Below, in pieces: positions 45,114 to 55,930 of a stretch of 56,330 nucleotides of DNA; position 1 is the first letter of the stretch; each line of letters begins with the position of its first letter. Source of the stretch: Actinomycetota bacterium (GTDB taxonomy: Bacteria; Actinomycetota; Acidimicrobiia; IMCC26256; VFJJ01); NCBI GenBank assembly GCA_009886115.1, contig VFJJ01000021.1, positions 1 to 56,330 on the forward strand, written 5' to 3'. The notes beneath the pieces were generated by a model. The model searched no databases. It was not told the DNA's origin and saw only the letters and a program-made list of their open reading frames with translations. The translations under genes and the position numbers were made by a program.

Positions 45114-46673
45114 ATGAACTGGTTCGACGACTGGGGCATCACGCTGACGGTGTTCATCCCCATCGTGGGAGCGATCATCGTCTTGCTCATCCCGAAGGGC
45201 GAGGAGGAGACGATCAAGGGCGTCGCTCTCCTCACGTCGCTCGTCACGCTGGGTTTCGCCATCGGGCTCATGGCCGAGTTCGACTACGACGACACGGCGA
45301 AGCTGCAGTTCGACGTGAACACGTCGTGGATCGACGTCATCAACAGCCGCTACCACGTGGCCATCGACGGCATCAGCCTGCCTCTGGTTCTGCTCTCGGC
45401 GCTCATCATCGTGCTGTGCATCGTCTACTCGTGGAACCACTTCCCCGAGCCCCACAATCCCAAGGCGCTCCTGGCGTTGATGCTCGTGCTCGAGACCGGG
45501 ATGATCGGCACGTTCGTGGCCCAGGACCTCATCCTCTTCTTCATCTTCTTCGAGGTGGTCCTGCTCCCGATGTACTTCATGATCGGCGTGTGGGGCGGCA
45601 AGAACCGCGAGTACGCCTCGATCAAGTTCTTCCTGTTCACGCTGTTCGGCTCGGCGCTCATGCTCTTGAGCTTCCTGGCCGTGTACTTCAGCTCGAAGGA
45701 CCCGCTCACAGGTCAGCACACGTTCGATATCGTCACCCTGTCGACCGCGGGGGTCCTCGATGTCTCCAAGACCGCTGCGGTGGTGATGTTCGGCGGCATG
45801 TTCCTGGGCTTCGGGATCAAGGTGCCGATGTTCCCGTTCCACACCTGGCTGCCCGACGCCCACACCGAGGCGCCCACCGTGGGCTCGGTGATCCTGGCCG
45901 CCGTGCTGTTGAAGCTCGGCACCTACGGCTTCATCCGCGTCGCCCTGCCGATCCTGCCCGAAGGAGCCCAGGAGTGGGCGCCCTACATCGGGCTCCTCGC
46001 CGTGATCGGCATCATCTACGGCGCGCTCAACTGCCTCGCCCAAAAGGACGTGAAGCGGCTCATCGCCTTCTCGTCGGTGGCGCACATGGGTTTCGTGATG
46101 CTCGGTATCGCCACGCTCACGAGTGCCGGCATCAACGCCGCCGTGTTCGGCATGGTGGCCCACGGTCTCATCACCGGCCTGTTGTTCTTCATCGCCGGCT
46201 CGATGCAAGAGCGCTACCACACCCGCGAGATGTCACGCTTGGGGGGTCTGCTCATCTCGGCCCCCAAGATGGGCTGGATCCTGGGCTTCACGGCCATGGC
46301 ATCGCTCGGGCTCCCCGGCCTCGCCGGCTTCTGGGGCGAGTTCCCTGCGATCCTGGCGGCCTACGAGCCGCTGAGCGTGCTCTCCGAGGAGACCTTCCGA
46401 ACGTACATGGTGATCGCCGCGGTCGGCACCGTGCTCGCTGCGGCCTACCTGCTCGTGATGTACCAGCGGGTCGCCATGGGCGAGGTGCCCGAGGAGTTCA
46501 AGGACGAGCACATCCACGATGTGCACGGCCCCGAATGGATCGCCTGGGCTCCGATGCTGATCCTCATCTTGGCCTTGGGGGTCTTCCCGAAGTTGCTCTT
46601 CGGTATCACCGACGACGCCGTCAAGCACGTGACCGACGGCATCGCCACCGCGCTCAACGCGACCTCGAAGTAG
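45114..46673 (+). CDS. nuoM: complex I-like subunit M (operon 2)
   Basis: DGIS, FHTWLPDAHTEAP, LKLG, FSSVAH. Confidence 0.95.
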   Translation: MNWFDDWGITLTVFIPIVGAIIVLLIPKGEEETIKGVALLTSLVTLGFAIGLMAEFDYDDTAKLQFDVNTSWIDVINSRYHVAIDGISLPLVLLSALIIVLCIVYSWNHFPEPHNPKALLALMLVLETGMIGTFVAQDLILFFIFFEVVLLPMYFMIGVWGGKNREYASIKFFLFTLFGSALMLLSFLAVYFSSKDPLTGQHTFDIVTLSTAGVLDVSKTAAVVMFGGMFLGFGIKVPMFPFHTWLPDAHTEAPTVGSVILAAVLLKLGTYGFIRVALPILPEGAQEWAPYIGLLAVIGIIYGALNCLAQKDVKRLIAFSSVAHMGFVMLGIATLTSAGINAAVFGMVAHGLITGLLFFIAGSMQERYHTREMSRLGGLLISAPKMGWILGFTAMASLGLPGLAGFWGEFPAILAAYEPLSVLSEETFRTYMVIAAVGTVLAAAYLLVMYQRVAMGEVPEEFKDEHIHDVHGPEWIAWAPMLILILALGVFPKLLFGITDDAVKHVTDGIATALNATSK

Positions 46674-46679
46674 CGGCAG

Positions 46680-48173
46680 ATGCTGAGCGTGGGCATCCCT
46701 GCACCCGACATCGACTACCACGCGCTCGCGCCCGAGATCGTGGTCGCGGGGACGATCCTGCTGATCCTGCTCGTCGACCTGATCTTCGGCGACCGGGCGA
46801 GGGCCCACGCGTCGCGGATCGCCGCGTTCGGAGTGCTCGGGGCGCTCATCCCCGTCCTCACGTTGGGCGCCGACGGCGGCGACGTCAGCATGTTCAACGG
46901 CACCTTCGTCGTCGACAACTTCGCACTCGTCATGAAGGCGTTCTTCCTCATCGTCACCTACCTCGTGATCCTGGTGTCGGTCGACTCGATGTCCGAGAGC
47001 GACGTCGCCGAGCCCGAGTACTACCTCATGACGCTCACCGCCCTGTTGGGCATGATGGTCATGGGATCGAGCCGCGACCTCATCACGATCTTCGTCGCCC
47101 TCGAGACGATCTCCATCCCCACCTATCTGTTGGCCGGATGGAAGAAGCACGAGCACAAGTCGAACGAGGCGATGCTCAAGTACTTCGTCTTCGGCGTGCT
47201 GTCGTCGGCCGTGATGCTCTACGGCATGTCGCTCGTGTACGGCGCCACCGGCTCGACGTTGTTGTCGGTCATCGCCGAGGGTCCTCGCACCGACCTCGGA
47301 CAGGATCTCGGCACGGTGATGAACGTGGGGATCTTCCTCACCCTCGTCGGCTTCGCCTTCAAGGTCAGCGCCGTGCCGTTCCACTTCTGGACGCCCGACA
47401 CCTACGAGGGCGCGCCCACACCGGTCACAGCGTTCCTCTCGGTGGCGTCGAAGGCCGGCGGCATGGTGGCCATCTTCTCGCTCATCTACGTCGGCTTCTA
47501 CGGACGCACCGACGCCTGGCAGCCCATCATCTGGGTCATGGCGGCGTTGTCGATGACCGTCGGCAACATGATCGCGACGAAGCAGACGAACATCGTCCGC
47601 ATGCTCGCCTACTCGTCGATCGCCCAGGCCGGCTTCATGCTCGTACCGTTCGCCGTGGCGCCCGAGGACGGGCTGAACTCGTACCAGAGCGCCTTCTCGG
47701 CCACGGTCATCTACATGCTCATCTACGGCGCCATGAACATCGGGGCCTTCGCCACGCTCATGGCGATCGCCCGGCGCACGCGCTCGGGGGAGATCTCGAG
47801 CTTCGCCGGGCTCTTCAGCTACGCGCCGACGCTGGCCATGATGATGTCGATCTTCCTCATGTCGCTCGCGGGGGTCCCGATCTTCGCTGGCTGGTTCGCC
47901 AAGTTCGTCATGTTCCAGGCCACGATCGACGGCGGCACCGGGATGGCCTACGCGCTCGGCATCGTCGCCGCGGTCAACTCGGTGATCGCGTTCTTCTACT
48001 ACGGCAACGTCATCCGCTTGATGTTCTTCCGTGAGCCCACCGTCGAGGACCGCTCACCGATCCGGGTGCCCACGGCGCTGGGCGCGGCCATCGCCCTGTG
48101 CGCCATCACGACGGTGGCCGTGGGCATCTACCCCGAGCTCTTCGCCCGCCTGGGCGAGCGCACGCCGTTCTAG
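46680..48173 (+). CDS. nuoN: complex I-like subunit N (operon 2)
   Basis: EAMLKYF, PFHFWTPDTYEGAPTP, RMLAYSSIAQ. Confidence 0.95.
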   Translation: MLSVGIPAPDIDYHALAPEIVVAGTILLILLVDLIFGDRARAHASRIAAFGVLGALIPVLTLGADGGDVSMFNGTFVVDNFALVMKAFFLIVTYLVILVSVDSMSESDVAEPEYYLMTLTALLGMMVMGSSRDLITIFVALETISIPTYLLAGWKKHEHKSNEAMLKYFVFGVLSSAVMLYGMSLVYGATGSTLLSVIAEGPRTDLGQDLGTVMNVGIFLTLVGFAFKVSAVPFHFWTPDTYEGAPTPVTAFLSVASKAGGMVAIFSLIYVGFYGRTDAWQPIIWVMAALSMTVGNMIATKQTNIVRMLAYSSIAQAGFMLVPFAVAPEDGLNSYQSAFSATVIYMLIYGAMNIGAFATLMAIARRTRSGEISSFAGLFSYAPTLAMMMSIFLMSLAGVPIFAGWFAKFVMFQATIDGGTGMAYALGIVAAVNSVIAFFYYGNVIRLMFFREPTVEDRSPIRVPTALGAAIALCAITTVAVGIYPELFARLGERTPF

Positions 48174-48282
48174 TGCCGGCTCCAAGGCGCCTGGCGGCGC
48201 CGTCGCCGGCGACGTCGGGACCTCGCTGCGCTCGGCGGACCCCCTGCACCGTGCCGGGTGGCGGTCGGCGAGCGGAGCGCAT

Positions 48283-49506
48283 GTGATCGCTGATCAGCTG
48301 GCGGAGTTGATCGAAAGGCTCGGTCCGCTCAGCTTCGAGACGTTCATGGAGGCCGCGCTCTACGACGAGGGCGGCTTCTTCGCGTCGGGCCGTGGGGCGG
48401 GCCGCAGCGGCGCCGACTTCATCACCAGCGTCGAGACGGGCACCCTCTTCGGCGTGCTCGTCGCTCGTGAGATCGATCGCTGGTGGGAGCGCCTGGGCCG
48501 GCCCGACCCGTTCGTCGTGCTCGACGTGGGCGCCGGACGGGGACAGCTCGCCCGGGACGTGCTGCGCGCCGGACCGGCCTGCGCCTCCTCGTTGCGATAC
48601 GTGCTCGTCGAGCGCTCGGCCGCCCTCCGAGAGCTCCATCGTGATCATCTCCCCTGGGAGCCACCCGAAGACGTGCTGGGACCGGGGACCGAAACCGACG
48701 AGGACCGGGAGGAGCCCGAGGGGCTCGAAACGTCGGGCGGCGGGGTCGCTCCTGGGACCGGGCGAGTGACCGCCCCCCATCGTGGCCCCCTGGTCACCTC
48801 GCTGGCCGACCTGCCGGCGAGCCCGATCGCCGGGGTGATCGTCGCCAACGAGCTGCTCGACAACCTTCCGTTCGTGCTCGTCGAGCGCACGTCGACGGGT
48901 TGGTCGGAGGTGCGCGTCGGTCGTGACCGGGGCCGGTTCGCGGAGTGTGTCGTGCCGGCCGGCCCTCCCCTGGCCGACCTGATCGGTCGGCTCCTGCCGA
49001 TGGATGCCGTCCCGGTCGGAGCTCGGTTGCCGATCCCGACGGTCGCGGCACGCTGGATGCGCGAGGCCCGTCGGGCAGTCGGACGCGGCGGGTTGGTCGT
49101 CGTCGACTACGCGGCCGAGATCGACGCCCTCGTGGCTCGGGGCGCGCAGGGCTGGTTGCGAACCTACGTCGGCCACCAGCGCGGTACCGGGCCGCTCGAC
49201 GATCCCGGACTCCAGGACATCACGTGCGACCTGCCGACCCCTGTGGTGGTCGCGGCTGCGCTGAGTGCAGGATGGGTGCTCGAGGGAGCGGTTGGCGCCC
49301 AGGCCGACTGGCTCGTCGATCTGGGCATCGAGGAGCTGGCCGAGTCGGCGCGCGGCCGATGGACGCAGCGAGCCGCCATCGGCGATCTCGCAGCGCTCCG
49401 TGATCGGAGCTGGATCAGCGAAGCCGCTGCGCTCACCGCCCAACCGGGCCTCGGCGCGCATCGCGTCTTCACCTTCGTGACCCGCCGGCAGGGCTCGTCG
49501 AGGTGA
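48283..49506 (+). CDS. SAM-dependent methyltransferase, MidA/NDUFAF7 family
   Basis: GPLSFETFMEAALY, ADFITS, DVGAGRG, ANELLDNLP, VVDY, PGLQDIT. Confidence 0.88.
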   Translation: MIADQLAELIERLGPLSFETFMEAALYDEGGFFASGRGAGRSGADFITSVETGTLFGVLVAREIDRWWERLGRPDPFVVLDVGAGRGQLARDVLRAGPACASSLRYVLVERSAALRELHRDHLPWEPPEDVLGPGTETDEDREEPEGLETSGGGVAPGTGRVTAPHRGPLVTSLADLPASPIAGVIVANELLDNLPFVLVERTSTGWSEVRVGRDRGRFAECVVPAGPPLADLIGRLLPMDAVPVGARLPIPTVAARWMREARRAVGRGGLVVVDYAAEIDALVARGAQGWLRTYVGHQRGTGPLDDPGLQDITCDLPTPVVVAAALSAGWVLEGAVGAQADWLVDLGIEELAESARGRWTQRAAIGDLAALRDRSWISEAAALTAQPGLGAHRVFTFVTRRQGSSR

Positions 49507-49678
49507 GCGGCTCGTAGCGCCCGTGCCAATTCTCGGCGCCGATCGTTGCCAACAGCTTCGACCTGTTCGCTGCGCGGACGAAACTCGCGTATGCGACCGC
49601 CCAACTGGTCGATCGTCACCAGCCCCGTCTTGAAGCAGCTACCGTACGAAATCGGATCGCCCCCGCTCAGGAACGGTC

Positions 49679-52291
49679 ATGAGAACCTACGACAGCGCCC
49701 GCAGGGAGCTCCACGAACGAACAGCGACCGCCAGTCGGGGCGGGCTGGTCGGGCTCGTCGGTCCCGCGGGATGGGGCAAGACGTCGCTCCTCGTCGAGGT
49801 CGAGCAGGTTGCCCGCCAACGATCGCTCCCTGTCTGGAGCGTCTGCGGGCGCCAGGGCGAGCAGGGTGTGAACGGTCTGGGGCTCGAAGGGGTGCTCGGA
49901 CGGGCGGCGGTCGCCAAATGGCGTGCGGAGACCGGGCTGCCCGCCGTCGAGCTGGGCTACGAGGTGCTCGACGTGTGCGCCGGGCCCGGGATGCTCCTCG
50001 TCGACGATGCCCAGTGGCTCGACGACCTGAGCCTCGGCGCCCTCACGTCGGTCGCGAGCCGATGGACCGGGGAAGACCGTTGGCTGGTCGTGGCGCACGG
50101 TTCCGACCCTCGCCCCGGCCTGTTCGCGCTCGACGCGGCGATCGGCCGATCTCGCCCGATGATCAACCTCGGCGTGCTCGACGAGGCTGGTGTGGCTGCG
50201 CACGTCGGGCGGGTGCTCGGGTGCGCGCTCGATCCGGTGCTCCTCGACCACCTGATGCATCTCACCGCCGGTGTCGTTCGCTATGTCGACCTGCTGGCCC
50301 AGGGTTGGCGGGCCGAGGGGATCGAGGCTCCACGCGACGGTCTACCCGGGATCCCGTCGACGGTCGTCGAGTGGATCCGGATCGCCATCGGCCGACTGTC
50401 GCCCGACGCTCAAACCCTGGTCAGAACCCTCGGGGCCGGAGCATCGCTCAACGAGCCCCTGGTCGAGCTGGCTGTCGGCCTCGACGACGAAGCGCTCACC
50501 TCGGCCGCGACCGAGCTCACGAGCGCGGGGTTCTCCGATCCCCGGGCCGAGCCCGACCTGCTCCCTGTCGTCGCGCTGGTGCTGGGGCGCCTCACACCCC
50601 CCTCGGAGGCACGTCGGATGCACCGGCGCGTCGCCGAGATGTTGCGCCAGTCGAACGGGCCGGTGTTGCTGATCGCCGAGCACTACCGGGAGGCCGGTGA
50701 TCCCGGACCGAACGTGGTGGGCGCGATGGGCGCCGCTGGTGACGCGCTCTTGCGGGAGGCACCGGAGCTCGCAGCCGAGTGGTACGGACGGGCGCTCGTC
50801 GCCGGGGGTGACCCCCGGGTGTTCGCGGCTCGTCGAGCCGAGGCCGCGGCCCTCATGGGAAACCATGCCGAAGCGATCGCACTCGCCGATCCGGCGACCG
50901 CCGATCCGAACACGCCGGAGTACGTGCGAGCCATGACGGTGCTCGCCGCTTCGGTCGCACGGGTCGGCTACTGGGTGAGGAGCTCCCGCCGCTACGAACG
51001 ACTGATCGGCGTGGTCGGCGACGAACGTCAAGCCGCCGGTTCGGCGCTGTTCGCTGCTGTCGGCGCCACGATCGTGGGCCAGCTCGACCGGGCCCACTCG
51101 TTGACGCAGACGATGCACGGTCGGCTCGATCGGCCCGCCCCTTTGCTGTTGGAGTCGTGGGTCTGCGTCCTCGAAGGACTCAACGCTGCGGTCGGAGCCC
51201 ACCCCGAGCGGGCGCTCGAGCCTTTCTGCGAGGCCGTCGAGCTCATGGGCAGCGATCGCCATCTCGAGCTCGTGCCTGATTCGCCGCACGCCATCGCCGC
51301 GTCGATCGCTCGTCAGCTGCATGAGTTCGGGCTGGCCGAGCGCCTGCTCGTGCAGGCTCTCAACGCCGGCTCCGGCGGGCCGCTTCTCGTCGACCGTCAT
51401 CGCCTGCTCCTCGGGTGGGTCGCGCTGGCCACCGGTCGGTGGGCTGCGGTCGACGCCGTGTTGGAACAGGTCCCCGACAAGGATCTGCCACTGCGAGAGG
51501 AGCTCCTCAGGGTGGCCATCGAGGCCGGCGTCGCTCGCCGGTTGGGTGACATCGACCGGCTCCATCGCATCGCCCCGAGGGTCGTCGACGTGCTGGGCCG
51601 CCATCCCGTCGACCTGTTGTCGTTCGAGATCGGCGCCGAGCTCTACACCGCGGCCATCAGGGCCGGCCGGGCCGATGCGGTCGCCGACTGGCCGGTCCGG
51701 GCCCGGACGTTGCTCCGCGATGCCGGATGGCCCCCGTTGCAGAGCTGGCTCCTCGACTGGAGCCTCTTCCGGGCCGCGATGGCTCGCGGTGACGCCACCG
51801 AGGCGCGCGTCCTGGCCGACGCCATCCGGAGCCGACCCGCGCCCACGCCGAAGCTCGCGCCGCTCGGGGCCGCGGTCGAAGCCTGGGTTGCCGTGACCGA
51901 AGGATCCGTCGACCCGGTGCGCGTGCTCGCGGTCACCCGTGACCTGCAACAGGTCGGCCTGGCCTGGGAGGCGGCTCAGTTGGCAGGGGCGGCGGCGTCC
52001 AAGGCCACCGACGAAGGGGTCTCGAGGGCGTTGCTCGGCCAGGCCCGTGAGTTGCGTGCGGCCATCCCGATCCAGGAGACGGTCGATGCGCCAACGGCTT
52101 CGCTCCTGTCGGACCGGGAGGTCGAGGTGGCGAGCAGGGTGCTGGCCGGGCTCACCTACAAGGAGATCGGCGGCGAGCTCTACATCTCGCCCAAGACCGT
52201 CGAGCACCACGTCGCCCGGATCCGCCAACGGCTGGGCGCCGAGACCCGAGCCGAGTTCCTCGCCGCGCTTCGCCAGATCCTCGAGAGGTAG
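49679..52291 (+). CDS. iniR: IniR-like ATPase / LuxR-HTH transcriptional regulator
   Basis: Walker A GPAGWGKT, VDDAQWLD, C-terminal LSDREVEV..YKEIGGELYISPKTVEHHVARIR; adjacent to iniAC-like genes. Confidence 0.75.
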   Translation: MRTYDSARRELHERTATASRGGLVGLVGPAGWGKTSLLVEVEQVARQRSLPVWSVCGRQGEQGVNGLGLEGVLGRAAVAKWRAETGLPAVELGYEVLDVCAGPGMLLVDDAQWLDDLSLGALTSVASRWTGEDRWLVVAHGSDPRPGLFALDAAIGRSRPMINLGVLDEAGVAAHVGRVLGCALDPVLLDHLMHLTAGVVRYVDLLAQGWRAEGIEAPRDGLPGIPSTVVEWIRIAIGRLSPDAQTLVRTLGAGASLNEPLVELAVGLDDEALTSAATELTSAGFSDPRAEPDLLPVVALVLGRLTPPSEARRMHRRVAEMLRQSNGPVLLIAEHYREAGDPGPNVVGAMGAAGDALLREAPELAAEWYGRALVAGGDPRVFAARRAEAAALMGNHAEAIALADPATADPNTPEYVRAMTVLAASVARVGYWVRSSRRYERLIGVVGDERQAAGSALFAAVGATIVGQLDRAHSLTQTMHGRLDRPAPLLLESWVCVLEGLNAAVGAHPERALEPFCEAVELMGSDRHLELVPDSPHAIAASIARQLHEFGLAERLLVQALNAGSGGPLLVDRHRLLLGWVALATGRWAAVDAVLEQVPDKDLPLREELLRVAIEAGVARRLGDIDRLHRIAPRVVDVLGRHPVDLLSFEIGAELYTAAIRAGRADAVADWPVRARTLLRDAGWPPLQSWLLDWSLFRAAMARGDATEARVLADAIRSRPAPTPKLAPLGAAVEAWVAVTEGSVDPVRVLAVTRDLQQVGLAWEAAQLAGAAASKATDEGVSRALLGQARELRAAIPIQETVDAPTASLLSDREVEVASRVLAGLTYKEIGGELYISPKTVEHHVARIRQRLGAETRAEFLAALRQILER

Positions 52292-52316
52292 CGCCCACTG
52301 AGCTCGCTGACGGCCG

Positions 52317-52339
52317 CCTCGGCTCCCGGAGGGCCGAGG
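52317..52339. terminator. hairpin between convergent iniR and iniC
   Basis: cctcggctc-ccgga-gggccgagg (one G.U pair on the + strand). Confidence 0.4.
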
Positions 52340-52345
52340 GAGGGA

Positions 52346-53833
52346 TCACACCCGGCGACGGGCGAGTTGCTCGTAGAGGCCTTCGCAGGTGCGCACGAGG
52401 ACGGTCGCGGCCTCGACGACCTCCCGTGACGACAGCGGATTCTGGGCCCGGCGTTGCCAGCGGGTGAGGCACAGCCCGAGCTGGTTCGACAGCGCCGCAG
52501 CGTCGGCGTCAGGGGGCAGCCCCAGCCTGGTCGGGAGGTCGGTTCCCGTCGAGCCGAGCAGGAGATCGGCCGCGGCGAGCTCGTCGGGGCGGAGCTTCAC
52601 GGCCCCCGTCCGCAGGGCCGACACCAGATGGAGCTCGGCGAACTCGTGGGCCCCGGCCGTGATCCGCTCGGCCTCCGCCAGGAGCCGTTGTGCGGGGACG
52701 ATCGGCGCAGCGCGGATGACGGTCTCCAACGTGGCCAGGGCCGAACGGGCCTGGAGCACGTCGCGCCGGCCGGCGAACTGATGCAACAACACATGGCGCA
52801 GCTCGGAGAGCCCGCTCCGAGCGACGAGCTCCTGAGCCAGCGACAGGGCGTTGGTGACCGAGCCCCGCCGGATCAGCGCCACGCTGATGCGGACACCGAA
52901 CATGCCGAGCCGTTCGAGCAGGGCCTCGCGCTCGATGTCGAGCACGTCGAGCGGGGTTGATGCCCGGGCGAGGCGGTCGGCGGTGAGCAGCAGCTCGTCG
53001 ATCTGCTCCCTGGTCCCCGCGGCGATCCGAGCCAACGCCCGATACTCGTCCTCACGCAGCGCGGCTCCCGACGCCGCGAGCAGGCCGGCCACGGGAACCA
53101 CGGTCTGACACGCTCGCCGGATGCGATCGTCGCGGCGGTACCGTTCGGCGATCCGGGCGGCCGAGCCCAGGGCGTCGATGTTCCCCGAGCCGACCTCGTC
53201 GGCCCTCGACAACACGGCCACGGCGTTGAGGGGCGTGTCGATGCCGACGTCCTCGGCCCGGAAGGTCTCGAGGAACCGCAGGTCGGTCTGGTGCAGGTGA
53301 CGCATCAGATAGATGACGGCGTCGGCGTCGGACGGCTGGCCGGTCTCGGGCGTGAGGAACGCGTGGGCCCGAGCCGACACATCGGTCGAGATCGACGCGA
53401 TCCCAGGTGTGTCGATGAGGCTCATCTCCCGCAACGCGGCGGACGGCCATTCGACGATCAGGCGGACGACGTCTTCGGCCGACGTGCCGCCGAGGTCGGG
53501 ATCGAGCGCCCCGCGCTCGCGCTGGAACGGGATCTGTCGCGCCGGCCCCTGCTTGGGTTCGAGGATGACCTTGTAGCCGAGCCCGTTCCGGTACCAGGTG
53601 ACGATCTTCGTGCACTCGCCGGCGTCGGTCGGCGCGAGCTCTTCGCCGACGAGCGCGTTCAACAGCGTCGACTTGCCGGCCTTGACCTTGCCGGCGATGG
53701 CGACCCGGAGCGGCTCATCGAGGCGCTTGCGGGCGTCGTCGATGGTGTGCTCGGCGACGGTCCCCCGAAAGACGCCCCATGCCGCGTCGAGCAGACGACG
53801 AACCTCGAAGATGACCGGGCTGCGCTCGGTCAC
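52346..53833 (-). CDS. iniC: dynamin-like GTPase, IniC type
   Basis: AGKVKAGKSTLLNAL, APTDAGECT, DTPG, LSRADE, HEFAEL. Confidence 0.85.
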   Translation of the reverse strand: MTERSPVIFEVRRLLDAAWGVFRGTVAEHTIDDARKRLDEPLRVAIAGKVKAGKSTLLNALVGEELAPTDAGECTKIVTWYRNGLGYKVILEPKQGPARQIPFQRERGALDPDLGGTSAEDVVRLIVEWPSAALREMSLIDTPGIASISTDVSARAHAFLTPETGQPSDADAVIYLMRHLHQTDLRFLETFRAEDVGIDTPLNAVAVLSRADEVGSGNIDALGSAARIAERYRRDDRIRRACQTVVPVAGLLAASGAALREDEYRALARIAAGTREQIDELLLTADRLARASTPLDVLDIEREALLERLGMFGVRISVALIRRGSVTNALSLAQELVARSGLSELRHVLLHQFAGRRDVLQARSALATLETVIRAAPIVPAQRLLAEAERITAGAHEFAELHLVSALRTGAVKLRPDELAAADLLLGSTGTDLPTRLGLPPDADAAALSNQLGLCLTRWQRRAQNPLSSREVVEAATVLVRTCEGLYEQLARRRV

Positions 53834-53834
53834 G

Positions 53835-55766
53835 TCAGCGGCTCGTGCCGGCGGGCACGTTGGTGACGGCGACGACGCCACTCGCCGCAGCCGCCGTTGC
53901 CAGATCGGGAGCGATCTGGCTGACCTGGGTCCGGATCTGCGTCAACCGGGCGATCTCGCCGTCGAGCAGCTTCAGGCGTTGCTCGCGGGTGCTCTGGTCT
54001 TGGCGGACCGCCTGCTGCGCGGCGGCCAGGGCCTCGGTGGTCGAGCGCTGCAGCTCGTCGGCTCGGCTCATGAACGCGTCGCGGAGCTGACGATGGATCA
54101 GGCGCAGCGCATCCTTGGAGTCCTTGTTCACCTGGAAGGTGAGCTCGTCGAGGTACTTGCGCATGGCGTTCTTCGCCTGGGACCGGCGCTGCAGGAGCTG
54201 GCGCTCCCGCTCGTCCTTGAGCGTCTTGCGGCCCATGAGCAGACCGACCACACCCGCTCCCGGGGCGAGCAAGGCGCCCCCGAGGCCGACCAGCCCGCCG
54301 AAGAAGCTCACCATCAAGATCCCGCCGTACGACCCGCGCAGCGCGGTTACCCCACCGGCGACCGAGCCCGGACGTTCGAGCTCGATGGCGGCGTTGGTGC
54401 GCAGCGATCCGACGAGGCTCGTGGGATCGTTGATCGCGAACTGCACCGCGATGTTCGACTCGTCCTCGGCGAAGTGCTCGCTCACCACGCTGGCGAGGGC
54501 GTTCGACCGTTGGTAGAGCTCGGTGTAGTTGGCGACCACCTCGGCCGAGCACCGCCGGTAGAGCCAGGGCTCGAACTCGTCCCAGAAGTCGGCCGGGTCG
54601 TGCCCGTCGATCGCCTCCTCGGCTTCCTTGGTGAGGATCCGCACCCGCGAGCGGAGGTCGTAGTCGATGTCGGAGGTGAGATCGCCGATGCCGTCGCCCA
54701 GGGTGAGCTGCCAGCGAGCCGCTTGGCTGCGCAGCCGATCAGCCCATTCCTTCGCTCGTTCGAGCTCGGCGACGATCTCCCTGGCCTTCTCGGGGTCGGC
54801 GAGGGTGCGGCGTTCCGCAGCGAGCGGTGACTGGAGCTGCTCGAGCACGGCCAAGGAGTCGTTGGCCGCGACCCGGGCTGAGAGGAGCTCGGATTTGCCG
54901 ACCACCTCGCTTCGCAGCCAGCTCACGAACGGCGGATAGCCCGACTCGGCGTTGAGCTCCTTGCTGTCGGCCTGGGTCGCTCGCGAGCGCAACAGCGACG
55001 ACACGGCGAAGATCGGGAGCTCGATACCGGCGCGTTGCAGGTGTCCCCGGTCGATCTCCTGAATGCGGCGCCACTCGGGGTAGAAGTCGATCTTGGTCAG
55101 CACCACCACGATGTTCGGGCAGAGTTGACGAGCCTGGCGCAGGAACTGGAGCTCGGGCTCCGAGAACTCCTGGGAGGCGTCGGTGACGAACACCACGGCG
55201 TCGGCCAGCGACAGCGCTCGGAGCGTGATCGTCGCGTGCGCCGAGTCGAGGCCGCCCGTCCCCGGCGTGTCGATGAGTGCCAGGCCCCCGGTGAGGATGG
55301 CCCGAGGGAGCCCGACGTCGGCCCTGATGAGCCTCTGCTCGTTCGCGGGGTTCGAGCCCTCGGTGACGTGCTGCGAGAGCTGGTTGATGTCGACGGTCCG
55401 GCGCACGAGCTTCGACTCCGGGGTGTCGACCGAGACCTCGCCGTCGGGGCTCGACACCAGCTCGGCGTTCGCTGTCTCGGCCCACCGCACGACCGTCGGG
55501 ACCGCGGTGGCGATGTCGTCGTCGACGGGGCACACCGTGGCCGCCACGAGCGCGTTCACGAGGGAGCTCTTTCCCTGCTTGAACTCGCCGACGATGAGGA
55601 CCTTGGCCTCCGGATCGTCGAGGCGGCTCCGGGCCCGACCGAGGCGAGCGACGAGATCCTCCCGGCCGGCGGCCTGCGCGACTTGGACCGTGAGATCGAC
55701 GAAGGTCAACGCCCGCGTCATGAACGCAGTGCGCTGATCGGTCGACGTTGGCGACGGTTCGGGCAT
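53835..55766 (-). CDS. iniA: dynamin-like GTPase, IniA type
   Basis: GEFKQGKS, CPVDDD, DTPG, TKIDFYPEW, C-terminal hydrophobic paddle and coiled coil. Confidence 0.87.
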   Translation of the reverse strand: MPEPSPTSTDQRTAFMTRALTFVDLTVQVAQAAGREDLVARLGRARSRLDDPEAKVLIVGEFKQGKSSLVNALVAATVCPVDDDIATAVPTVVRWAETANAELVSSPDGEVSVDTPESKLVRRTVDINQLSQHVTEGSNPANEQRLIRADVGLPRAILTGGLALIDTPGTGGLDSAHATITLRALSLADAVVFVTDASQEFSEPELQFLRQARQLCPNIVVVLTKIDFYPEWRRIQEIDRGHLQRAGIELPIFAVSSLLRSRATQADSKELNAESGYPPFVSWLRSEVVGKSELLSARVAANDSLAVLEQLQSPLAAERRTLADPEKAREIVAELERAKEWADRLRSQAARWQLTLGDGIGDLTSDIDYDLRSRVRILTKEAEEAIDGHDPADFWDEFEPWLYRRCSAEVVANYTELYQRSNALASVVSEHFAEDESNIAVQFAINDPTSLVGSLRTNAAIELERPGSVAGGVTALRGSYGGILMVSFFGGLVGLGGALLAPGAGVVGLLMGRKTLKDERERQLLQRRSQAKNAMRKYLDELTFQVNKDSKDALRLIHRQLRDAFMSRADELQRSTTEALAAAQQAVRQDQSTREQRLKLLDGEIARLTQIRTQVSQIAPDLATAAAASGVVAVTNVPAGTSR

Positions 55767-55884
55767 TGTCAGAAGACTTCCTCGAGGAGCTGTCCCGCCA
55801 GGCTAATCGCCCGGCGCGCGCCATCGCCCCGCCAGCCGATCCGAGGATCGAAGAGCGGGGCGATGGGCGGGGAGTGCAACGGGG

Positions 55885-55922
55885 CCGGGCCCGAGCGAGC
55901 CGGGAGACTCGCTCGGGCCCGG
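55885..55922 (-). terminator. 15-bp perfect stem hairpin just after the iniB-like gene
   Basis: ccgggcccgagcgag / ctcgctcgggcccgg. Confidence 0.6.
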
Positions 55923-55930
55923 ATGAAGGG